Positions 1 through 8,522 of a stretch of 24,000 nt of DNA are shown in pieces. Made by a program: the position numbers and the translations under genes. This DNA comes from Nanobdellota archaeon (GTDB lineage Archaea; Nanobdellota; Nanobdellia; Woesearchaeales; UBA9642): the NCBI GenBank assembly GCA_021813435.1, contig JAKAKR010000013.1:67494-91493 (forward strand), read 5' to 3'. The notes beneath the pieces were generated by a model that saw only the letters and a list, made by a program, of their open reading frames with translations, ran no database searches and was not told the DNA's origin. How positions within the stretch are numbered: the stretch's first letter is position 1; each line of letters starts with the position of its first letter.

Positions 1-1377
1 CTCGCGTACTTTCTTGATCATAACTGTTGTTGCAACGAAGCGCAAGACTCCTGAAGTCAAAAAGAGGAATGGGATTGTTGAAATAATCCAGATAGGGTAC
101 ACTTTGATGAGTTCCCCACCCAGGAGCGCACCGAGAAATACTGCGATTCCCACAAGAAAATTATAGTATGCGATGTGTTTGACCCGTTCCTCTTTGGAGG
201 TCGCATCGAAGAGAAAACTAGAGGTTGAAAGGTTGAATCCTGCCCATATGACTCCGGAGAATGCTTCTTCAATGAATAAGTAGAGAAATATCATGAATGG
301 GGTCTTGATATAAATGGCAAGTATCATGAGTAACGGCGGAAGTGGTACGAGAAAGCCGGAGATGGTGAGTACACGCTTGCTGCCATGCTTATCAATCATC
401 CGCCCCCAAAACCCCATGGTAAGAAAACTTGCCGCGATGCTGATGCCCATGATGGCCGTGAAATAGCGATAACCCATATTCATATCCTTAAGAAGATAGA
501 GCGCAAAGAATGGCGCAGAGATGGATACCGCAAATTGGAGGAGGAATACATAGATTACAAATATCCCATAATTGTCATGCGTCATATTTTTCATGAACGC
601 GACAAATGAGGTATCATGCGCAGGCGGCGTATAGGGCGGGTCATAGATTTTCGATTTATAATACGCGGCAATGGTGCGGGTGATGAATGCAATAACAAAG
701 AGGATTGCAAACCCGAAAAAGATATAATAATGTTTTCCTACTGTGTCAAGATGGGTAAAAAAACTCAGGATGAATCCCGCGATGAGTGTTGCAATAAAGT
801 TTATGAGATTGACGACGCGGTTGCGCTTCCCGAAGAATTCTCCGCGCTTGTCCTCATCGATGATATCGCCGAGGATGCTATTATAGATCGGTCCCTGGAA
901 TGTTCCAAAAGTTGATTCGAGCGTTACAAGGATGAGGATGAGCCAGATCCAGGTCGGCGCGACAAAAGGGATTATAAGGAGCGGGAGCCAGATGAGCGAT
1001 TGCAGAATAGCTGTAATCACAATCAGCCTGCTGCGGGTCTTGAAAAATTTCAACGATTCCTGCGCAAACAGTTGGAAGAATGATGCGACAAGTTGCGGGA
1101 CTGATGCAAGAGCTGCAAGCATTCCGGTCGAAGCATTCAGTGCTATGGCAAAGGGCATGATGAAGCTTGTTGTCATGCCGTTCTTTATTGCAGTAAAGAA
1201 CCCGTCCTTGACGCAATAATGTACACTGCGCTCTTTTTTCTTGTAGAGCGGCTCAGTCTCTTCTGCTGAGGGAGTGTTCTTTTTTGCCAGCCGCTCTTTC
1301 TTGCGCGCTTCAAGTAGTTCAGAGAGTGTTTGCGGCTTTTGCACAGGATCAGGGGATGGCTGTTTTTTCGGATTCAT
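1..1377 (-). CDS. MFS transporter (partial, runs off the left edge)
   Basis: Minus-strand frame opens at ATG 1377 (MNPKKQPSPDPVQKPQTLSELLEARKKERLAKKN...HYCVKDGFFTAIKNGMTTSFIMPFAIALNASTGMLAALASVPQLVASFFQLF...) and stays open through the parts of the window I translated. Many hydrophobic segments; MFS-like loop DEDKRGEFFGKRNAVVNLINFIATLIAGFIL. Confidence 0.75.
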   Translation of the reverse strand, partial: MNPKKQPSPDPVQKPQTLSELLEARKKERLAKKNTPSAEETEPLYKKKERSVHYCVKDGFFTAIKNGMTTSFIMPFAIALNASTGMLAALASVPQLVASFFQLFAQESLKFFKTRSRLIVITAILQSLIWLPLLIIPFVAPTWIWLILILVTLESTFGTFQGPIYNSILGDIIDEDKRGEFFGKRNRVVNLINFIATLIAGFILSFFTHLDTVGKHYYIFFGFAILFVIAFITRTIAAYYKSKIYDPPYTPPAHDTSFVAFMKNMTHDNYGIFVIYVFLLQFAVSISAPFFALYLLKDMNMGYRYFTAIMGISIAASFLTMGFWGRMIDKHGSKRVLTISGFLVPLPPLLMILAIYIKTPFMIFLYLFIEEAFSGVIWAGFNLSTSSFLFDATSKEERVKHIAYYNFLVGIAVFLGALLGGELIKVYPIWIISTIPFLFLTSGVLRFVATTVMIKKVRE

Positions 1378-1427
1378 TGTTTTTTTGGATTAATCATAGT
1401 TTACAATACCTTCACGAGCTCCATCTG

Positions 1428-1470
1428 CGTCTATTGCTATCGGCATCTATTGCTATCGGCGTCTATTTTG
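1428..1470. repeat. 16-bp tandem repeat, about 2.6 copies
   Basis: CGTCTATTGCTATCGG / CATCTATTGCTATCGG / CGTCTATTttg, between the divergent MFS gene and rps7. Confidence 0.75.
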
Positions 1471-1532
1471 CGCTACCTTCTCTTCCATAAACGACGATTT
1501 ATAAATTTTGTTCCGTATAGCGCAACCATAAC

Positions 1533-1542
1533 TTTTATAAAT
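1533..1542 (+). promoter_or_regulatory. Putative archaeal TATA box upstream of rps7
   Basis: TTTTATAAAT about 55 nt before ATG 1594. Confidence 0.45.
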
Positions 1543-1593
1543 ACTTCCCATTTCCTCATACGATTATACAGCATATTTCGAGGTACACTAAAA

Positions 1594-2193
1594 ATGACCC
1601 AGATTTTGGCATTTGGAAAATGGGATTGCTCCCAAATCAAGGTAGATGACCCGGGAGTTGCACCCTACATCATCACTACACCCATGATTGTAAACAAGAC
1701 CGGTGCACGCTATGCAGGCAATAAGTTCTACAAATCCAAGATATTCATTGTTGAGCGGCTCATGAACAAGCTCATGATTCCCGGCCATCGCGCAAAAAAG
1801 CACAAGATTACCAGCAGGCAATGCACAGGCAAGGGACAGACGACCTACAAACTTGTTGAGGACGCATTCAAGATCATCGAGGAAAAATTGAAGAAGAATC
1901 CTGTTGAAGTGTTCGTGAAGGCGCTGGAGAATGCCTGCCCCCGTGAAGAAGTCATTGCGATCGAATACGGCGGAGCGCGTTATCCCAAAGCATTGGAATG
2001 CGCGCCGCAGCGTCGAGTTGATCTTGCACTCCGGCAGATGACCCAGGGCGCATACCAGAAGACATTCAACGCAAAGCGCAATGCATCAGAATCACTTGCG
2101 GCAGAGATCATCAATGCATTCCAATTATCAGGTCAGTCTTCAGCAATCTCCAAGAAATTGGAGCTTGAGCGTCAGGCAGATGCTGCACGCTAA
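1594..2193 (+). CDS. rps7: Small ribosomal subunit protein uS7
   Basis: MTQILAFGKWDCSQIKVDDPGVAPYI...KFYKSKIFIVERLMNKLMIPG.....ENACPREEVIAIEYGGARYPKALECAPQRRVDLALRQMTQGAYQKTFNAKRNASESLAAEIINAF; typical archaeal S7. The listed ORF start at 1330 is a TTG far upstream; ATG 1594 is preferred. Confidence 0.93.
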   Translation: MTQILAFGKWDCSQIKVDDPGVAPYIITTPMIVNKTGARYAGNKFYKSKIFIVERLMNKLMIPGHRAKKHKITSRQCTGKGQTTYKLVEDAFKIIEEKLKKNPVEVFVKALENACPREEVIAIEYGGARYPKALECAPQRRVDLALRQMTQGAYQKTFNAKRNASESLAAEIINAFQLSGQSSAISKKLELERQADAAR

Positions 2194-2289
2194 GAGTAAT
2201 TCTTTTCTTATTTTTTTATTGACAGTTCTTCTTTGTATTTTTGTAGTTTCTTGCATAAACTATTTATAACAGCACGCATTCTCGGATGC

Positions 2290-2595
2290 ATGCGCGCGCC
2301 AACACCATTTGAACAGCGGGTCTATGACACAATTAGTAAGATTCCGAAAGGGGAAGTTGTGACATATGGGCAGCTTGCAAAGAAATTAAAGAGTTCACCG
2401 CGCGCCGTAGGCCAGGCGCTCAGACGAAATCCTTACGCGCCCCAGGTGCCCTGTCACCGCGTGATCAAAAGCGACGGCACACTCGGCGGGTATAACGGAA
2501 AGATGCATTCCAAAAAAAAGATTGCACTCCTCAAAAAAGAGGGTGTGCGTTTTGTTGCAGGAAAAGTGTACTGCAAAAAACAGGTGCACTGGTGA
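2290..2595 (+). CDS. MGMT/alkyltransferase-like DNA-binding protein with PCHR motif
   Basis: FEQRVYDTISKIPKGEVVTYGQLAKKLKSSPRAVGQALRRNPYAPQVPCHRVIKSDGTLGGYNG, the classical O6-alkylguanine-DNA alkyltransferase C-terminal domain. Confidence 0.88.
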   Translation: MRAPTPFEQRVYDTISKIPKGEVVTYGQLAKKLKSSPRAVGQALRRNPYAPQVPCHRVIKSDGTLGGYNGKMHSKKKIALLKKEGVRFVAGKVYCKKQVHW

Positions 2596-3059
2596 TGATC
2601 ATGACGCCGCTTGATGATTTTCTTGTGATCGCAAAAAAGAATACGTACGCAAACCCGGACATCACACCTATTCTCCTTTCCAACGGGAAAAAAAGATATA
2701 CTTTCAGCGATGGAGCGTTCAGCTATACGGATACGTACCATGTTAATAATAACTCATTCCGGGGTATTGAAACAGTCACCGAAAACAGTATCATACGCTG
2801 GAAAATGGAATACACCGGAGGGGTTGTATGCGAGGTCATTCCCCAAGAGCAAATTTACGCATTCCTCAAGGAAGTACTACAAAAGGTCACCCCAGACATG
2901 CCGTTTCGCGGTCCAGAGCGGGTGAAGAAAGGATTGCTTAGATATCATAATATCGTGACGCATCGTGATGCGCATACGTTTCGGGGCGAGGAAACCATCA
3001 GCACCGGAAACATACTGATCTATGCACTCGCGTATTATGGTGAATTGTTGGAGGGATAA
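2592..3059 (+). CDS. DUF5680-like protein
   Basis: LDDFLVIAKKNTYAN...KRYTFSDGAFSYTDTYHVNNNSFRGIETV...W.MEYTGGVV resembles the DUF5680 domain by eye; overlaps the stop of the preceding gene. Confidence 0.6.
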   Translation: MMIMTPLDDFLVIAKKNTYANPDITPILLSNGKKRYTFSDGAFSYTDTYHVNNNSFRGIETVTENSIIRWKMEYTGGVVCEVIPQEQIYAFLKEVLQKVTPDMPFRGPERVKKGLLRYHNIVTHRDAHTFRGEETISTGNILIYALAYYGELLEG

Positions 3060-3060
3060 G

Positions 3061-3591
3061 ATGAAAAAAATCGCCATGATCATATCGCCTGAAGGATTCC
3101 AGGACACTGAACTCTCTGTTCCGAAACAGTATTTTGAATCGCAAGGATTTACAGTCGAGATATATAGTACGCAGACCGGATACGCGCATGGATCCCTTGG
3201 CATGCGATTCAAGGTCGTGCATACCGTACAATCCATTGATGTCGAATCGTATGATGCAATCGTCTATATCGGCGGTCCCGGAACCCCGCTCGTGCGCAAG
3301 AACGAGTATGCAGTCTATCTTGCAAAGAATGCAGCAGAAAAAGGAAGGATTGTCGCTGCTATCTGCTGGAGTCCGACGATTCTTGCAAAAGCAGGGATAC
3401 TGAATGGAAAAAAAGCGACAGTATGGAATGGCGATGACCCGGAATTCAAGATGACAACACCGCAATACCTCGAGCATCACGGCGCAACGTACACCGGAGA
3501 ATTAGTCACGATTGACGGAAACATAATCACTGCTAATGGTCCTGCTGCCGCAAAACAATATGCAGAAGCGATTGTACATGCGTTGCAGTGA
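3061..3591 (+). CDS. DJ-1/PfpI family protein
   Basis: MKKIAMIISPEGFQDTELSVPKQYFESQGF...YDAIVYIGGPGTPLVRKN...GRIVAAICWSPTILAKAGILNGKKATVWNGDD...ITANGPAAAKQYAEAIV. Confidence 0.9.
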   Translation: MKKIAMIISPEGFQDTELSVPKQYFESQGFTVEIYSTQTGYAHGSLGMRFKVVHTVQSIDVESYDAIVYIGGPGTPLVRKNEYAVYLAKNAAEKGRIVAAICWSPTILAKAGILNGKKATVWNGDDPEFKMTTPQYLEHHGATYTGELVTIDGNIITANGPAAAKQYAEAIVHALQ

Positions 3592-3625
3592 GAAATCGGC
3601 ATTCAGCACCGATACTATCTGAGGT

Positions 3626-5443
3626 TCACTGCCGGATCTCGACTGCATGATTCTCCTGGAGTGCATGCAGGATTGTTTTTCCAGGGCTGCTGTGCATATT
3701 GATCTTTACCACAGCTTTCTTTGAGCTCTTGACTGTCACGACAAACCCTGCATTGACATAAATATCGCTTTCCCGGTCTGCAGCAGTCTGGGGAAGGATG
3801 AAGGTGATATTTTTCTTGTCGATCTTCACATCATAAGGCACTGTTGCGGTCCGCTGGACAGTGCGCTCGCTCACTTCACGGACATCAATAGACATCTTAA
3901 GTTTTTCTTCGATACGGGTAATATGTTCCCCGTTCTTTCCGATGACGAGCGGTTTTTTTGCCGTGGGTACATAGACCACGCATTTGGAATCGCTGATCAT
4001 GTCAACGCGCACCTGATCAGTGAATTTCTCGAATTCCTTTGCAATGACCTGCGCCGCAAGTTGTCCAGCTGGACTTACGGATTCTGCACTGACCGGAACC
4101 ACGACAGTCTCCTCACCATACGTGTAGATTTCGTATTCCAGTTTTCCCGACTCGAAATCATGGACAACAACAATGGGTCGCGCCAAATCCGCTTCGAGCA
4201 TTCCATGCGGAACCTTTACTGCCATGCCAAGCGAGAATACTTTTTCGATTGCGCCGTTCTTGATAAAGACCACCGTGTCCAGCACATGGGGGATGACCCC
4301 TAACTCAATTCTGCCGATGAATCGCTGGATTGCATCAATGGGATTTGTCGCATGCACGACTCCAATCATTCCGACGCCAGAGAGTCGCAGGTCTGAGAAT
4401 AATTTGAAATCAGCAGTATTGCGGATCTCATCAAAGATAGTATAATCCGGTCGCGAGAGGAGTAGGATGTCATGGATCTCCTGATAGGTTGCATGGGTAA
4501 TTGCATATTGCGTGACCTCATCGCCGAGAACCAAGTCACGCGGCGCTTCAACAGTCTTGACAACTTTGTGTTGAGAGAGATAAAATTCTCCGAGCGCCTG
4601 CGCAAATGTGCTCTTCCCGTGTCCAGGTGATCCGGCAATAAGCACTCCTTCTGCCTGCCCTTCGAGCCGCTGCTGTAATTTATCCGAGATAGCATAATCA
4701 GTGAATGCGAGTTTCTTGACTGGCCGCACGACAGTGATCTCATAGCCGTCGGCAAGCGGCGGACGGGTGATGACAATGCGATAATTCGATAACTGGATAA
4801 TGGTCGAGTATTTTCGTTCATTCTCGACAAAACCATCTGAACGTATGCCGGTCTCTTCGACGATCTCTCGCGCAATAGCACGCATATCATCTGCAGTGAG
4901 CGGGCTTGCAGCGACATCGACAAACAGCCAGTCTCCCGGCATTCCCCGTTTTGCCTTGGGAATGCATCCCTCTTTCAGGTGGATGCTCATGGTTTTCTCG
5001 TCAAAGAATTTGTCAATGGTCAATGGCTTGGAGTGCTGCGTCACTGCAATCAACATGACAGTGACCCCTTTTGCTTCGGCAGTAAGCGCCTGGACTTTGT
5101 CCACAGTCACGAGTGTCGCATTCATGTCGAACGCGAGGTTTCTGATGAGCGCATCGATCCCGCCTTTTTTTGCAATCGCAATATCATGTGCAGAAGGACG
5201 CTCTCCTGCAAATCCGATCTTGAATCCCTTTTTCTTTGCAAGTTGGTTCAATCGTTTTATCTCATCAAGTCCGAGGTATCCGATTTCCTTGCGCGCATTT
5301 GCCTGCGCTTCAAGTTCAGAAAGTGACGCCTCATGGATCATGATATGTGCAGGAAGAATTTCGTCCTGCGCAATCTTTTGCGAGAGTATTCCTTCGATGA
5401 GAACGCTGGTATCAGGGACTATGCGTTCAAGAGCATTTGCCAT
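3626..5443 (-). CDS. PIN domain / PilT-type ATPase / KH domain protein (archaeal family)
   Basis: MANALERIVPDTSVLIEGILSQKI (PIN), GVLIAGSPGHGKSTFAQAL (Walker A), PDYTIFDEIRNTADFKLFSDLRLSGVGMIGVVHA, KPLVIGKNGEHITRIEEKL (KH). ATG 5443 preferred over the listed upstream start. Confidence 0.9.
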   Translation of the reverse strand: MANALERIVPDTSVLIEGILSQKIAQDEILPAHIMIHEASLSELEAQANARKEIGYLGLDEIKRLNQLAKKKGFKIGFAGERPSAHDIAIAKKGGIDALIRNLAFDMNATLVTVDKVQALTAEAKGVTVMLIAVTQHSKPLTIDKFFDEKTMSIHLKEGCIPKAKRGMPGDWLFVDVAASPLTADDMRAIAREIVEETGIRSDGFVENERKYSTIIQLSNYRIVITRPPLADGYEITVVRPVKKLAFTDYAISDKLQQRLEGQAEGVLIAGSPGHGKSTFAQALGEFYLSQHKVVKTVEAPRDLVLGDEVTQYAITHATYQEIHDILLLSRPDYTIFDEIRNTADFKLFSDLRLSGVGMIGVVHATNPIDAIQRFIGRIELGVIPHVLDTVVFIKNGAIEKVFSLGMAVKVPHGMLEADLARPIVVVHDFESGKLEYEIYTYGEETVVVPVSAESVSPAGQLAAQVIAKEFEKFTDQVRVDMISDSKCVVYVPTAKKPLVIGKNGEHITRIEEKLKMSIDVREVSERTVQRTATVPYDVKIDKKNITFILPQTAADRESDIYVNAGFVVTVKSSKKAVVKINMHSSPGKTILHALQENHAVEIRQ

Positions 5444-5483
5444 GACCCGTAAAGCGCAAGACCATTTAAAAATATTGCTAATA

Positions 5484-7493
5484 TCACGATTGGAAGAGCA
5501 GGCCGGTTTTGTAGAGGAAGTAGCGCGCGTATAATACGATATCCTGGAACGCGGTGGTCTCTGGCGTGATGACAATGGTTTGCGTACTCATGGCAGTAGC
5601 GTGCTGTGCATCCTGATAGGTGACTGTAATGGTAAAATTATTTGCTCCGGGCCTGAGTACCATGCTTGAGAGGTCAATGATGAATGGTTGATCGCTTTGC
5701 AATGCCGGAAGGGTCCATTGTTTTGCAATCATGGGTCCAGTGATCGTGAGCGTGATATTTTCAGGGATTGATTCTGAATGTTTCTCGACGATGAATGACA
5801 GGTTGAACGATGTATCGTATGCGATGCGTGCAGGATAGATCGGCGAACTAAGCATGATGTTGGGGTGGTCAACAACGGCGATCGTGATATAATTTGCCTT
5901 GAAGAATTGGTCATGGGAGACTGTGAATGGCAGGGTCTTTGTTCCAGTCTCATTGAATTGTGTCGTGAATGTAAACTGCAGGGTTGTGATGCCGAATGAT
6001 TTGATTGTGCAATTATTTGCAAGACAGATTTTTACATTGGTAAAGGACCGGTCTCCTTTATTGTCAACACTGCAGGTAATGGCGACAGGCTCATTCGGGT
6101 ATATGCGCGTTTTTGCAGGAGTACAGTCCAGCGCGATGGATGCAGAATAAGGACGGGACGATTCTGCAACAGTGCTTGCAGTAATTTCGCGCGCAGTCGC
6201 ATAACTCATCTCGGCATTTCCATCACGCACAATCCATTGGCTGGCATGCGATGCATTGAGTGAATTATAGACGACTATCGGGAAGGTGTATTGATATTGC
6301 GGCGTCAGGGTATTATCAAGCTTGATGATCCAATCGACGGTCTTTTTCGCGTGCGGTTCCAGGAGTACTTCCTTGCGATGGATGCTCTTGCCCTGGACCT
6401 GTTCTGCGGAAGGGTCGAGGATGATGATATCCTGGGTGTCTGCAAGATAGAGGTCTGCAACCATATAATAATCATTGGGATTGGTGACTTCTGCAGCGAT
6501 GACATTATACGAGACAAGACCAGTGTGTGTTGCAGAAAGCGTAGTAGTAAAGGTGTATGGACTGGAAACATCGCCGCCGGTTTCGAGTACGCGCACCGTG
6601 CTTGCAAGATCCTGCGTCTGCAGTGTTGCATCCTGTCCTAAGTATTCGTAGGCAACGCTTGATATCTTTGAATTGAATGATCGCTCAAAGGTGATATGCC
6701 CGGCATCAAGGTATCCATACTCGCCATAAGTCACATCATAGGCGATCCAACCATAACCCGGAAAATATACTTCAGCCCATGCATGCGGCACCCAGTCAGT
6801 GCCGAAAATATCAAGATTCGTGTATGCGTATCCGGAGACGAATCGCGCAGGGATACCCAATGCGCGGTTGAGTGAGATAAAAAGGATTGTGATCTCATTG
6901 CATACCCCGCGCTTGTTTGCAAGTACCCACGAGGATTTCTGGTTTGCCTGATTGTTCAATGTGCTCAGGTCGTATTGTACATGCGAACGCACATATTCTG
7001 CAAGGGCATATTCGACTGCATAGAGATCAGTTTTTCCTGCAGTGATATCAGAGGCAGTATTGCGTATCTCCGGAGTGATGTCGATGGTCTCTGTCGGTTG
7101 AAGATAAGAATAGAGTGAATTATCAAGATCATGCAGGGGAAAGGGTATGGTTTCATGGATCAGATACTGATGATAGCTCGTGTCAATCTTTGAGCGTATG
7201 GATATACTGTAAGACTCTGGTGCAGGACGCGCAATATAGAGATTGACTGCGCCATTGCCGACAGTTGCCGGAGGGTCTGCCTCTGTCCAGTAGACATATT
7301 GTCGTGCATCACGGATCGGGATGTCATGGACTGTTGCATTCACATAAGAGAGACGGTATGCTGATGATTCAGGAACAATCGTGAATGTGGTCGAGGAATT
7401 GACGAGAAGTACCAGTGACTGCTTATCACTATAATCTACTGCGAGTGCAAAGGGGATAAGCAACAATAATAGTATGGCGACGAATTTTTTCAC
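5484..7493 (-). CDS. Exported transglutaminase-like protein with repeated Ig-like C-terminal segments
   Basis: Signal peptide MKKFVAILLLLLIPFALA; transglutaminase core NKRGVCNEITILFISLNRALGIPARFVSGYAYTN...HAWAEVYFPGYGWIAYDVTYGEYGYLD (Cys, His, Asp). Confidence 0.88.
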   Translation of the reverse strand: MKKFVAILLLLLIPFALAVDYSDKQSLVLLVNSSTTFTIVPESSAYRLSYVNATVHDIPIRDARQYVYWTEADPPATVGNGAVNLYIARPAPESYSISIRSKIDTSYHQYLIHETIPFPLHDLDNSLYSYLQPTETIDITPEIRNTASDITAGKTDLYAVEYALAEYVRSHVQYDLSTLNNQANQKSSWVLANKRGVCNEITILFISLNRALGIPARFVSGYAYTNLDIFGTDWVPHAWAEVYFPGYGWIAYDVTYGEYGYLDAGHITFERSFNSKISSVAYEYLGQDATLQTQDLASTVRVLETGGDVSSPYTFTTTLSATHTGLVSYNVIAAEVTNPNDYYMVADLYLADTQDIIILDPSAEQVQGKSIHRKEVLLEPHAKKTVDWIIKLDNTLTPQYQYTFPIVVYNSLNASHASQWIVRDGNAEMSYATAREITASTVAESSRPYSASIALDCTPAKTRIYPNEPVAITCSVDNKGDRSFTNVKICLANNCTIKSFGITTLQFTFTTQFNETGTKTLPFTVSHDQFFKANYITIAVVDHPNIMLSSPIYPARIAYDTSFNLSFIVEKHSESIPENITLTITGPMIAKQWTLPALQSDQPFIIDLSSMVLRPGANNFTITVTYQDAQHATAMSTQTIVITPETTAFQDIVLYARYFLYKTGLLFQS

Positions 7494-7573
7494 CCTACCC
7501 TAAGGATTGCACGGGTTTATATGGGTTGTGGTCGCGAAGGCTCTGGAGAAAATGTGAGTCGCCTTAAAACAAA

Positions 7574-7679
7574 GGAAATCAAAGATTTCCGTGTGCTCAA
7601 AAATAATGAATTATTTTTGACATGAACATCTTTAAGATGCTGGTCTAAAAATGTTCACAGAATTCCAAATGGTGAACAT
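7574..7679. repeat. Chain of small hairpins in the intergenic region
   Basis: GGAAATC-aaa-GATTTCC (7574-7590); TCAAAAATAA-tgaa-TTATTTTTGA (7597-7620); CATCT-tta-AGATG (7627-7639); ATGTTCAC-N13-GTGAACAT (7651-7679). Confidence 0.7.
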
Positions 7680-7827
7680 TTTCCTTCAATCACTCCAAAG
7701 AATGCGAATGGCGACTACGAGCAAAGCGAGAATTTCTCCAGAGCCAGTCGCAAGAAAGATTTTCTCTGCGCGCACGCCAACAATGACGCGTCAGCCCCTT
7801 CATGCAGGGTATGACGTGACAAAAAGA

Positions 7828-7836
7828 TTTATAAAA
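7828..7836 (+). promoter_or_regulatory. Putative TATA box for tRNA-Ser
   Basis: TTTATAAAA about 35-40 nt before the tRNA 5' end. Confidence 0.6.
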
Positions 7837-7869
7837 CAGTCCTGATTCTGTAAGCATAGGTTCGTCCAT

Positions 7870-7996
7870 GCCGGGGTGGCACAACCTGGTACTGCGCCAG
7901 ATTGCTAAGCACTATGCGTGCTTTTAGATTGCTGCGCATTACACACAAAGATCTGGTGTCCGAAAGGATTTGTGGGTTCAAATCCCACCCTCGGCG
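7870..7996 (+). tRNA. tRNA-Ser(GCT) with an intron in the anticodon loop
   Basis: Acceptor GCCGGGG/CCTCGGC (one G-U), anticodon stem CCAGA/TCTGG, spliced loop TTGCTAA (anticodon GCT), long variable arm GTCC-gaaa-GGAT, T arm GTGGG-TTCAAAT-CCCAC, discriminator G (serine-like). Confidence 0.92.
7908..7950 (+). other. tRNA-Ser intron, 43 nt, position 37/38
   Basis: Removing 7908-7950 restores a 7-nt loop. Three of four central bulge-helix-bulge pairs form (TTG/CAA) plus a C.A mismatch; inner helix ATGCG (7914-7918)/CGCAT (7935-7939). Confidence 0.8.
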
Positions 7997-8049
7997 TACC
8001 TTCCTAAGGGTAGAAAGCCACTACCTTTTAGGACTTCTTTCTAAAAGGT
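7997..8049 (+). promoter_or_regulatory. Leader with mutually exclusive hairpins ahead of the DUF302 gene
   Basis: Helix A 7997-8002/8007-8012; helix B 8006-8013/8021-8028 (one G-U); helix C ACCTTTTAG 8023-8031/CTAAAAGGT 8041-8049. B overlaps both A and C; C covers the AGGTG before ATG 8057. Confidence 0.5.
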
Positions 8050-8056
8050 GAAAAAC

Positions 8057-8449
8057 ATGAAACAAAACATATATGGATACAAAAAGGAGGTATGATTCTC
8101 TTTTTCTGAAGCAATAGACAAGACAAAAATCGAATTACAAAAAGAGGGATTTGGTGTTTTAACTGAAATTGATGTAAAAGCTACACTAAAAAAGAAGCGT
8201 GATGTTGATTATGATACTGATGTTATTCTCGGTGCATACAATCCTCCACTTGCATACCACGCATTACAGGCAGAAAAAGAAATCGGATTATTTCTACTGT
8301 GTCATATCATCATTTACGATATTAAGGGAGAAACATTTGTTTCAGCAATACTTCCAACACAAACAATGGCTGTAATCCATAATCCGGTTCTTGAATTGTT
8401 TGCTCCTGAAGTGGAGAAAAAATTAAAGCACGTCATTGATATGGTATAA
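8057..8449 (+). pseudogene. DUF302 domain gene interrupted by in-frame TGA (8093-8095)
   Basis: MKQNIYGYKKEV*FSFSEAIDKTKIELQKEGFGVLTEIDVKATLKKKRDVDYDTDVILGAYNPPLAYHALQAEKEIGLFLLCHIIIYDIKGETFVSAILPTQTMAVIHNPVLELFAPEVEKKLKHVIDMV*. Strong DUF302 pattern on both sides of the stop; no ATG/GTG/TTG restart near the start of the domain. Confidence 0.75.
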
Positions 8450-8463
8450 AAGAGTATACTCTT
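8450..8463. promoter_or_regulatory. 14-bp perfect palindrome, possible operator
   Basis: AAGAGTATACTCTT directly after the DUF302 stop and just upstream of an AT-rich TATA-like stretch preceding the gene at 8523. Confidence 0.35.
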
Positions 8464-8522
8464 ATTATTCATAAATTATTAAAACAACCTCAGCAGTATA
8501 AGCGATATTGAGGTGTAAATTA

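Noticed and set aside
3592-3625. ATCGG...CCGAT hairpin between pfpI and the PIN-ATPase gene
   Set aside because: Only 5 bp between convergent genes; it may be an ordinary terminator and is too weak to call.
4800-5534. Long plus-strand ORF antisense to the PIN-ATPase gene
   Set aside because: Shadow ORF; low-complexity Ser/Arg-rich translation and complete overlap with a strongly supported gene. The same applies to 3923..4303, 2998..3480, 19327..20067 and 20620..21615.
7651-7845. Small ORFs (7651..7845 + and 7690..7884 -) upstream of tRNA-Ser
   Set aside because: They overlap hairpins, the tRNA promoter or the tRNA itself, and their translations look non-protein-like.
8093-8095. TGA as selenocysteine or reassigned codon in the DUF302 ORF
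   Set aside because: TGA ends at least one clear gene in this window, no SECIS was recognised, and the position is not a known redox site in DUF302. A nonsense change or sequence error is simpler.
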